This document shows positions 1 to 5,982 of a DNA stretch of 36,137 nt, piece by piece. The stretch's first letter is position 1. Each line of letters begins with the position of its first letter. The DNA lies in contig JAXMLI010000124.1 in the NCBI GenBank assembly GCA_034368785.1, positions 1-36,137 of the forward strand. Reading direction: 5' to 3'. Source of the DNA: Smithellaceae bacterium (GTDB lineage Bacteria > Desulfobacterota > Syntrophia > Syntrophales > CAMTWB01). Made by a program: the position numbers and the translations under genes. Under the pieces are notes generated by a model. It was not told where the DNA came from. It worked only from the letters and a program-made list of their open reading frames with translations, and did no database searches.

Positions 1-222
1 TCCAAAGAAAATCAATGCTGCCTTGTGTGCCAGATCACTGGTGGATGCAAAAGCCGTAACGGTTGCTTCAATTCCATATGGAGTATTGCGTAATTCTACA
101 TTACTATAGAAAGGATGATTATTTACGCGAAAGCCTTTAAATATTTCAAGTTTCTGAGTCCCTATAACTTTTATTGAACCATGGACGGATAGTTGAACTG
201 CCCAAGTTGCAATTTTCGGCAT
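1..222 (-). CDS. hypothetical protein, N-terminal part only (ORF runs off the left window edge)
   Basis: Hand translation of the minus strand from ATG at 222-220 gives MPKIATWAVQLSVHGSIKVIGTQKLEIFKGFRVNNHPFYSNVELRNTPYGIEATVTAF..., open to position 1. A GGAG (233-236) lies about 8 nt upstream of the ATG. It is absent from the ORF track because there is no stop inside the window. No family recognised. Confidence 0.4.
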   Translation of the reverse strand, partial: MPKIATWAVQLSVHGSIKVIGTQKLEIFKGFRVNNHPFYSNVELRNTPYGIEATVTAFASTSDLAHKAALIFFG

Positions 223-240
223 GGTCTTTTATCTCCTTTT

Positions 241-325
241 TTCCGTCATCAACATTATGATTGCATCCAACTACTGACCCTACCTTCGCCTGCTTTCAAG
301 CAAATCAAGCCTGAAAATCCCGGAA
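241..325. repeat. Left copy of an ~85-bp imperfect direct repeat (partner at 2821-2910)
   Basis: ttccgtcatc...ttatgattgcatccaactactgaccctaccttcgcctgctttcaagcaa... aligns with 2821-2910. By hand count the 66-nt core 255-320 vs 2834-2899 matches at about 54/66 positions, and the first 49 at about 44/49. Confidence 0.8.
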
Positions 326-543
326 TTCATTCTCCCAATGGGAAGCGAGCGACGAAATGCTGAACAATGGCTGATGGCTCATTTAAGAAAATTCCATTCG
401 TCAAGAAGGTTTTATCTGAAAAACCGAGCTATTCGCCAGGGCGGTTTTATGTACCTATGTCCCTTTGGCTGTGTATAAACATCTATGATAGCGGATGTGG
501 ATTCCCCGGGCCGAACGTATTTCCACTCATCATGTTGGCCTCG

Positions 544-1170
544 TTAGGATTTATTTTCAGGACGCCAGCGCTCAGGGCATATCAAAATATAGCCATCGGC
601 CTTTTCTACCTCCTGTGGGAACAGGCTTTTTGCTATGTTGGCCCTGCCAATCGTGAAAGTGGATCTTGCATGTTTATCGAGTTCCTTGGAAAAACGGTCC
701 GGGGGAAACGCAATGATTATGTTTTTTTCCGGGAAGAGAAGTCTTATTCTTTTGATTGGCGGAACCAGATCGCTGTCTGCGGAAATCAGGAAGGCCGTGT
801 CGTAGCGCTCCTGAAAGGCATCAGAAAGCAGTTCAACGGCGATATTGACGTCCGTCATCTTTTCATTGGGAACTTCATCCTCAAACCCGCATCGATTGCA
901 TTTCCTTGAAATATTCTGGTATTTGCCGAAATAGATCTGAAAATCGGGGAGCGTGGCCAGCGCTTCAAGATAGGTGTTTTGGCGCTTTTGCTTGTCTGCT
1001 GGTCCCGCAATCCTCGCCGTAAAGTATTTCGTGAAGACCAACTGATGATGTGGTTTCAGGAGATTTTGCACGAGTATTTGCTGATTCAACCAGTAATAAC
1101 GCCGCCAACCTTTCGATTTTAAACCAAAATAGAGATTAAACCCGTCGATATAAGCAATAACCCGCTGCAT
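544..1170 (-). CDS. NYN-domain (LabA-like, PIN-fold) predicted ribonuclease
   Basis: 208-aa ORF. It carries IAYIDGFNLYFG at the N-terminus and EKMTDVNIAVELLSDA ... FLISADSDLVPPI acidic motifs typical of NYN/LabA-like nucleases, with a CNRCG insert. GGAGA lies ~7 nt upstream of ATG 1170. The opposite-strand ORF 367-909 is a shadow. Confidence 0.8.
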   Translation of the reverse strand: MQRVIAYIDGFNLYFGLKSKGWRRYYWLNQQILVQNLLKPHHQLVFTKYFTARIAGPADKQKRQNTYLEALATLPDFQIYFGKYQNISRKCNRCGFEDEVPNEKMTDVNIAVELLSDAFQERYDTAFLISADSDLVPPIKRIRLLFPEKNIIIAFPPDRFSKELDKHARSTFTIGRANIAKSLFPQEVEKADGYILICPERWRPENKS

Positions 1171-1247
1171 ACCATAATCTCCGACCGACTGATTGAACGC
1201 CCCTGACAGGACAGTTCATTTGCTTATAACAGGACAAATAATTTTTC

Positions 1248-1276
1248 TTGACAACAAGACCGGACACCCTTATGGT
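1248..1276 (+). promoter_or_regulatory. sigma70-like promoter (TTGACA-17 nt-TATGGT) facing the hairpins at 1293-1344
   Basis: TTGACA at 1248-1253, a 17-nt spacer, and TATGGT at 1271-1276. The -35 lies within cttgacaacaag (1247-1258), which reads cttgttgtcaag on the opposite strand, so TTGTCA faces the NYN gene there. Two ACAGGACA direct repeats sit at 1206-1213 and 1229-1236. Confidence 0.3.
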
Positions 1277-1282
1277 CGAATC

Positions 1283-1344
1283 GTCAACAGCCCCGGAGAT
1301 AGCATCTCCGGCCCGACGTCCCCTCCACGAGGGGACGTTTTTTA
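1283..1344 (+). ncRNA. candidate ~60-nt small RNA (promoter to intrinsic terminator, no ORF)
   Basis: The predicted TSS is ~1283. Hairpin 1 is CCGGAGAU-agc-AUCUCCGG (1293-1311). Hairpin 2 is a terminator at 1316-1338 followed by a U-run. The only ORF here (1248-1439, 63 aa) reads through the hairpins and has no RBS. Confidence 0.3.
1316..1344 (+). terminator. rho-independent terminator (plus-strand orientation)
   Basis: Perfect 10-bp stem ACGUCCCCUC / GAGGGGACGU (1316-1325 / 1329-1338) with a 3-nt loop, followed by a T-run (1339-1343). On the minus strand the hairpin is followed by cgggcc, with no U-tract. Confidence 0.6.
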
Positions 1345-1409
1345 ATGACATCAAAACATCTATTCACAATGGCCGGATCGGCCTGTCTTGCACCGTACCC
1401 GAAGACCTT

Positions 1410-1694
1410 TTATATTACGATGATTTTCTTCTCCTTTAGCATGGACAGATAGTCCTCATAGCTCAGGGGGCAATCCAGAAGGTCATCGAGTTGCTTTCTG
1501 GATAGGTGCAGTTCTCTGGCTACAAAAGATAATAGATTGTCTCCGTATTCGCTACGGCCGTGACTGATTTTAGTGCGGACTCCGGATTTTTGACCTTCGA
1601 CGGAGAAAAATAGGTAGGTATGATCGCGTTGAACCGGGATGAAGCCTTTTTTAGTTAATCCCTCTTTAATCTCCCGCGCCTTCCTTGTCGCCAT
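1410..1694 (-). CDS. HicA-like (YcfA-type) putative toxin with a C-terminal extension
   Basis: 94-aa ORF. KKGFIPVQRDHTYLFF...TKISHGRSEYGDNLLSFVARELHLS follows the HicA pattern by eye (GF, conserved His, xHxxxEIxxxLLxxIxxQLxLS). GGAGG lies just upstream of ATG 1694. Its start overlaps the upstream ORF by 29 nt. Confidence 0.5.
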   Translation of the reverse strand: MATRKAREIKEGLTKKGFIPVQRDHTYLFFSVEGQKSGVRTKISHGRSEYGDNLLSFVARELHLSRKQLDDLLDCPLSYEDYLSMLKEKKIIVI

Positions 1695-2634
1695 GTACCT
1701 CCGCCTTTCTTACCAGTTCGATAAGTTTCCTTTTCAGTGAAAGGGCATCCCGGGTAAGCAGATTGTCTTCTTCCTGGGCGATAACATTCCAAAGAACCTC
1801 AAATTCGTTAGAGAATTCTCGCATGACATCTTCGCGAGTTTCACCGTAGGCGATTATGCCAAGGTTGGTGTCTTCTGAAAATAATAGATCATCCTGCTTT
1901 TCGATGACGCAAGCGATGGGGTGGACAAGGTGAAAAGTATTACCTTTTGCCTTGATTTTTTGGGGCCTCCAGACATGCTCGGGGTCGAGATTGAGTTCCG
2001 ATACCTCATGGGTTTCGACCCATTTCTTGATATCGCCATGTTCCATCTGAGCCATGCCTTTAGCCTCAACAAACTTAATTGTCGGCTCCGCAATTTTTTC
2101 GAAAGTGTCCGGTAGTGCCTCAAGTTTTTTTATGACGCCACTTGGCGGACGGACCAGCATCTTTTGCGGTCCGCCGTTAAAGCGGAAAGAAAGGCTATAG
2201 TCTGAGCCGTCTGCCGGGGCAATCGTGCAAATGCGGCTTATAACACGTCGCCTCAAGGAAGGATGAGGCAGGATCTGCTCCAGTTTGACAGTATCAACAT
2301 CTAAAAATGCATCTATCGCCTGCTGTGTATCTTCAATAATGTCTTCCGAAAAATCAGCTTCATCTGGAAAGAGAGTAGCCTCTTTTCCCGGTAGTTCCAA
2401 AACGGCGTTGAGACTCCCATGTTCCGTTTTTATCAAGAATAATTCACATTTTGCCTTAATGATAGCCGGAACAGGTCCCCTCATTTCACGTTTGAGCCGG
2501 GCTCCCGCTATCTGAAATACTATTTCTTGGACAGATTGTAGAGTTTTCGCAAAGAGTGAAACAGAAACCCTGCCATTCCGAACAGCGTCTCCGGCCAGAG
2601 TAACTTCGATCTTTCTGTTTTTGCCTTCGCTCAC
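1666..2634 (-). CDS. 322-aa protein: unknown ~230-aa N-terminal region fused to a HicB/UPF0150-like C-terminal domain
   Basis: GTG start at 2634-2632 with AAGGA ~9 nt upstream. The C-terminal IACVIEKQDDLLFSEDTNLGIIAYGETREDVMREFSNEFEVLWNVI matches the HicB N-domain pattern (..IEK..D....A..P.LG....G.T.EEA......A....). The N-terminal part is unrecognised. Confidence 0.55.
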   Translation of the reverse strand: MSEGKNRKIEVTLAGDAVRNGRVSVSLFAKTLQSVQEIVFQIAGARLKREMRGPVPAIIKAKCELFLIKTEHGSLNAVLELPGKEATLFPDEADFSEDIIEDTQQAIDAFLDVDTVKLEQILPHPSLRRRVISRICTIAPADGSDYSLSFRFNGGPQKMLVRPPSGVIKKLEALPDTFEKIAEPTIKFVEAKGMAQMEHGDIKKWVETHEVSELNLDPEHVWRPQKIKAKGNTFHLVHPIACVIEKQDDLLFSEDTNLGIIAYGETREDVMREFSNEFEVLWNVIAQEEDNLLTRDALSLKRKLIELVRKAEVHGDKEGAGD

Positions 2635-2661
2635 TGTTTATGATCCTTCGTCCCTGGATAT

Positions 2662-2695
2662 AAAAACCCCGCTCTCTTCAAGCCGAGAAGCGGGG
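2662..2695 (-). terminator. intrinsic-terminator-like hairpin between repeat B and the 322-aa gene
   Basis: On the minus strand, CCCCGCU...AGCGGGG forms a 7-bp GC stem (2695-2689 / 2673-2667) with a 15-nt loop, followed by UUUUU (2666-2662). It lies only ~30 nt upstream of the GTG start at 2634. Confidence 0.45.
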
Positions 2696-2820
2696 TCCGT
2701 GATCTTTTCCTTCCATGGTTCTTTCCTTTCCGCTTTATGAAAAGATGGAACCGGGTCGTGTTCATATCTACCTTAACCGTAAGAGACGTTATATCCAGCC
2801 GTATTTTCCGTCAAGGTTTT

Positions 2821-2910
2821 TTCCGTTATCGTGTTATGATTGCATCCAACTCCTGAACCTGCCTTCTCCTGCTCTCAAGCAACTCGACAATGAAAACCTA
2901 CTACCCGGAT
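2821..2910. repeat. Right copy of the ~85-bp direct repeat (partner at 241-325)
   Basis: See 241-325. It ends 8 nt before the stop codon (2919-2921) of the metallophosphoesterase gene. GC content rises sharply to the right of this point, by eye. Confidence 0.8.
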
Positions 2911-2918
2911 CTCCTTGA

Positions 2919-4055
2919 TCAGGGCCGCACCAGGTCAAGCACCGTCACCTCGGGCGGGGCCAGGAAGCGGATCGGCGGCCCCCAGGTACCAGTTCCCCGG
3001 CTGGTGTAGAGGGACGAGCCTTTTGAAAGCCTGGCGAAACCCGTGGGATAGGGAAAAACCAGACGGGTCAGGAGATAAAAGGGGAAGATCTGGCCCCGGT
3101 GGGTATGGCCGGAGACCTGGAGATCAAAAAGGCCGAGGCTGTCCTCCTCCACCAGGGGCTGATGTTTCAAGAGCAGGGTAAAGCGGTCCCGGGGAAGCCC
3201 CGCGAGGAGCGTTTTTTCCTCCCCCGGCAAGGCCAGGCCAAACCGCTGCGCCGTGGGATCATCCGCCCCCGCCAGATTCACCAGCCCCCCCACCGTGACG
3301 GCTTCTCCCCGGAGCAGGGTGAACCCGGCCTCCTGGGTCAGGGCCAGGGCATAGGGCAGACCCACAAAATACTCGTGGTTGCCCGGGACGGCGTATTTGC
3401 CCAAGGGAGGCTGGTACTTGGCCAGGAGCGCCATGGACCCCTCCACATGGTTCAGCTGCCCGTCCACAAGATCCCCCAGGGAAATCAGGAGATCTGGCTT
3501 GGCCTCCTCGAGGACCCGCAGCACCCTTTTCACCCGGTCTTCGCCCACGATCACCCCCAGATGAAGATCGGAAATAAAGGCGATCCGCAGTCGGTCCACC
3601 CCGGCAGGGAGCTTTTCCGTGACCAGGGTATGGGTCTCCGTTTTGATCTGAAGCGCCGCGTAAAACCCATAGAAACCAATCAGGATGGACAGGAGACCGG
3701 GAAGGAAAAATGCGGTCCGCCGGGAGGGTCGGAGCGCCGAGAGATCCAGCCAGGGGGAGAGCCCCCAGAGAAGGAGGCGATAGAGATCAACGAGGAAGGA
3801 AAGGGAAAAGCAGAGGAACGCCACCCCCATCCAAATGTAGCCCGTATAGGCAAGGAGTCTGGCCAGGAGATCCAGCTCATGGCGCTCGGCCAGACGCACC
3901 AGGACGGGCGCGATGATCATGAAGATAAAAATCACCCCCAGGAGCGCCTTGCCAGGAGCGCCCGGTGCCAGGGCGCCGACTATTTTCCCGTAGAGATAGT
4001 AATGCAGCCCCGTGTAAAGGGTTAAAAAAATCGTGAGAAAAAGGGACATGGTCAT
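2919..4055 (-). CDS. membrane-anchored metallophosphoesterase (calcineurin-like, YkuE-type)
   Basis: 378 aa. There are about four N-terminal hydrophobic helices, then the phosphoesterase motifs ISDLHLG, GDLVDG, GNHEYF and GHTHRGQ. Confidence 0.85.
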   Translation of the reverse strand: MTMSLFLTIFLTLYTGLHYYLYGKIVGALAPGAPGKALLGVIFIFMIIAPVLVRLAERHELDLLARLLAYTGYIWMGVAFLCFSLSFLVDLYRLLLWGLSPWLDLSALRPSRRTAFFLPGLLSILIGFYGFYAALQIKTETHTLVTEKLPAGVDRLRIAFISDLHLGVIVGEDRVKRVLRVLEEAKPDLLISLGDLVDGQLNHVEGSMALLAKYQPPLGKYAVPGNHEYFVGLPYALALTQEAGFTLLRGEAVTVGGLVNLAGADDPTAQRFGLALPGEEKTLLAGLPRDRFTLLLKHQPLVEEDSLGLFDLQVSGHTHRGQIFPFYLLTRLVFPYPTGFARLSKGSSLYTSRGTGTWGPPIRFLAPPEVTVLDLVRP

Positions 4056-4111
4056 AATGAATCGCCTGGTAAGATGTCACAAAAGGAATCCCTTCCGGGA
4101 CGGTTTTTGCT

Positions 4112-4294
4112 GGGTGTGCGACAACTTTATGGGTAGAGCAGTTTTTCTCCCCTCTTTAGCAAAGAGGGGTTGGGGGAGATTTGAGGGAGAATAAATATCC
4201 TTTTGCTTTTTGTTACTAATCCCCCCTCCCCCCCTTTTCCAACGGGGGGATAAGTCTCTGCAAGAATATGATACCAACATTTTGTCGCACACCC
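4112..4294. mobile_element. 183-bp MITE-like element with perfect 13-bp terminal inverted repeats GGGTGTGCGACAA
   Basis: gggtgtgcgacaa at 4112-4124 and ttgtcgcacaccc at 4282-4294 are exact reverse complements. The interior has the hairpin cccctctttagcaaagagggg (4149-4169) and a C-rich/G-rich segment. Related ends recur at 9003, 14121, 14950, 15847, 16280 and 31993. Confidence 0.7.
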
Positions 4295-4302
4295 TTTTTG
4301 GC

Positions 4303-4329
4303 TGGTTCAATCTTGCAGATTGAACCAGT
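4303..4329. repeat. 12-bp-stem palindrome ctggttcaatct-tgc-agattgaaccag
   Basis: Perfect inverted repeat read directly. Related ttgaaccag / gcaagattga strings occur at 14905-14925 and 21575-21590. It is followed by an AATCCNC heptamer run (about 4345-4395). Confidence 0.6.
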
Positions 4330-4403
4330 CAAAAAGAATTGGGGTTGGGGTTTAATCCCCAATCCGCAATCCAGAATCAGTACATCCGCAATATCCAACG
4401 CCG

Positions 4404-5138
4404 TCACGGTTCCGGCCAGACCTCACGGACAAAGGCCGGATAGATGGCGCGCATCCTCTCTTTGACCCGCCCCCGCAGGATTGAGAGTTCCGCCTTCGTT
4501 GCTTGTGGTTCATATGGAACATCTCCTGTTCTCCCAAGGTCGAAACCGGTGTTCGCCGCCACCTCGGCATATGACGCACCCGGCAGCAGACTCTCCAGAA
4601 CAATCCGTTTCTCTGTTTCGTCGAAGCGCATTACGCACAGGGGCGTCACCACATGGCTGAGCCCTCCCCGCCGCCAGGGGAGAGTTTCCCCCTCGTCAAA
4701 GGCCGTGGCGGTTATAAAATCCACCCGGGGAACGAAGAGCCTCCTGTGATGGCCCGTAGTGAAAAGGATGGTGCGGCCGCTCAGGCAGTAGAGCATCGAC
4801 GAACCGGCCCCGCCGGGGAGACGGACCGTGGGATTCTCATAATCGCCGATTACGACAAGATTGATGCGGCCCTGCTGATCGATCTGGGCGCCCGAGAGGA
4901 AAAAGACATCGAGCCGCCCCTGCTGGGCGAGACCGAAGAGTTCATGGAGGCCCCCGGTAAGTCGCGCCTCGGGATCGCCGTAGATCAGGGGAACCAGCGC
5001 CGGGGCATGGGTTTCTCTCGCCAGCAGACAGGCCGCCGCAGGGATCGGGGACAGGGTGCCGGTGGCGGCCGTTTCACCGTTTTTGAGGAGACGGGAAATG
5101 GCCAGAATCATCAGTTCAAAGGAATGCGCGTTATTCAT
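4404..5138 (-). CDS. CoA-transferase subunit B (glutaconate CoA-transferase GctB-like, family I)
   Basis: The ORF track gives 4404-5195. The preferred start is ATG 5138-5136 (MNNAHSFELMILAISRLL...), 2 nt after the TAA of the alpha subunit. FFLSGAQIDQQGRINL and PGGAGSS are typical of beta subunits. Confidence 0.8.
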   Translation of the reverse strand: MNNAHSFELMILAISRLLKNGETAATGTLSPIPAAACLLARETHAPALVPLIYGDPEARLTGGLHELFGLAQQGRLDVFFLSGAQIDQQGRINLVVIGDYENPTVRLPGGAGSSMLYCLSGRTILFTTGHHRRLFVPRVDFITATAFDEGETLPWRRGGLSHVVTPLCVMRFDETEKRIVLESLLPGASYAEVAANTGFDLGRTGDVPYEPQATKAELSILRGRVKERMRAIYPAFVREVWPEP

Positions 5139-5982
5139 GGGGATCAAATCCCACAACCCGGAGATAGGCATCAAGGTCAGGAGGCCCGTAAACATATTTT
5201 TCCAGGTATTCTTTGAAGTCGCCCGGGGTTTTCGCTGCCTGGAGATATTCTTTCATGTGCCCCTCGTCCGTTTCGTATCGCCCGGGACAGGCGGTAGGGT
5301 GGGCGCCGCCGGGGGCAACCACCACGCCATCGATGTGAATGCCGGCAACATAGACCTCATCTCGTGCCGGAAGGAGGTCATCCGTTTCCACCAGCGCCTC
5401 CACCTGGGCGATGGTCTTTCTTGCCGCCATGGCCAGCAGCCGGTCGGTCCGGCCGCCAAGGGTGACCACGCCTCCCAGGCGATCCCCCCGGCGGCAATGG
5501 ATCAGCGCCACATCGGGGATGATCGGCGGCACCACCACATATTCGCCTTTGGTGTAGGGATCACGGAGGGTCTTGAGGTCCGGCCTGATCTTCATATAGT
5601 CGGAACCACGCAGGCCAAGGACCGGGATGAACGGAAGGTTATGGACTCCTGCCAGGAGTCCCAAAAGCAGGGCCGGTCAAATGGTCTCTTGGAGCTTGAG
5701 TTCCCCGGCCGTCGCCTTCTTCCGGAAAAAGGGGGCCATGCCGAATTCATCGAGTGCCACCTGGGGAAACTGGATCGTTTCCACCGCGCCCGCCCCGATG
5801 AGGAGATCCGCCACATAGCCGCCCGTCAAGACCGGCGTCAGGGTGAGTCCCCTGACCCCCCTTTTGATCACCTCCCGAATTACCGCCATGGGATTCATGG
5901 ACATGCCGGCCCCGACACCCAGATGGAGGCCGTCGGTTATCAAGCTGGCGGCCTCTGCCGCGGTCATGATCTTATCTTTCAT
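5131..5982 (-). CDS. CoA-transferase subunit A (GctA-like) interrupted by one in-frame TGA at 5677-5679: selenocysteine candidate or nonsense pseudogene
   Basis: ORFs 5677-5982 and 5131-5664 are in the same frame. The sequence reads ...AGELKLQETI-TGA-PALLLGLLAGVHNLPFIPVLG.... Together they give ~283 aa collinear with GctA/ScoA-type alpha subunits. The downstream part has no ATG or RBS. ATG 5982 overlaps the upstream stop (ATGA). Confidence 0.7.
5643..5661 (-). other. SECIS-like hairpin 15 nt 3' of the in-frame UGA
   Basis: The minus-strand RNA GGACUCCU-GGC-AGGAGUCC forms a perfect 8-bp stem (or 7 bp with loop UGGCA). G residues lie in the loop, and the loop is ~23 nt from the UGA. Confidence 0.4.

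Noticed and set aside
420-450. A weak hairpin, AAAACCG-N15-CGGTTTT plus T-run, on the minus strand downstream of the NYN gene, as its terminator.
   Set aside because: The stem is only 7 bp, AT-rich at its base, with a 15-nt loop. That is too weak to call without transcript data.
1248-1439. A 63-aa plus-strand ORF as a protein-coding gene between the NYN and HicA-like genes.
   Set aside because: There is no RBS. The frame runs straight through two perfect hairpins and a terminator, then overlaps the 3' end of the HicA-like gene antisense. It is better explained as a non-coding unit.
241-2910. Integron gene cassette bounded by attC sites.
   Set aside because: The 85-bp direct repeats lack the imperfect internal dyad symmetry and the R''/R' (RYYYAAC...GTTRRRY) core sites of attC on either strand. 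No intI is in the window, and a three-gene cassette with internal promoters is atypical. I kept it only as 'cassette-like'.
3099-4025. Long opposite-strand ORFs. These include 3099-4025 (+), and likewise 367-909, 5056-6066, 6384-7604, 9147-10457, 11213-12098, 13199-13822, 15194-15991, 16211-17143 (-), 17397-18017, 20693-21463, 21931-22695, 23618-25237, 25374-26360, 26770-27321 (-), 28335-29903, 31116-31922 and 32938-33705 (-).
   Set aside because: Each lies antisense to (or out of frame within) an ORF with clear family motifs. Their translations are low-complexity and rich in Arg, Gly, Pro and His, as expected for shadow frames in GC-rich DNA, and they lack RBS context.
4077-4407. Small ORFs in intergenic repeats: 4077-4310, 4216-4407, 8957-9181, 9005-9238, 14066-14305, 16159-16341, 16202-16408, 32077-32367, 34059-34301 and 29977-30366.
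   Set aside because: They translate the hairpin and MITE repeats (recurrent peptides such as [35 protein letters not shown]). They occur in both orientations and have no start-site context, so they are repeat artefacts rather than genes.
5662-5679. Genetic-code reassignment of TGA (code 4 or 25) as an explanation for the in-frame TGA in the CoA-transferase.
   Set aside because: Several well-supported genes in the same window terminate at TGA at the expected protein length (for example the 5'-nucleotidase at 5979-5981, the isomerase at 31053-31055, and rsfS at 32852-32854). TGA is therefore a normal stop here.
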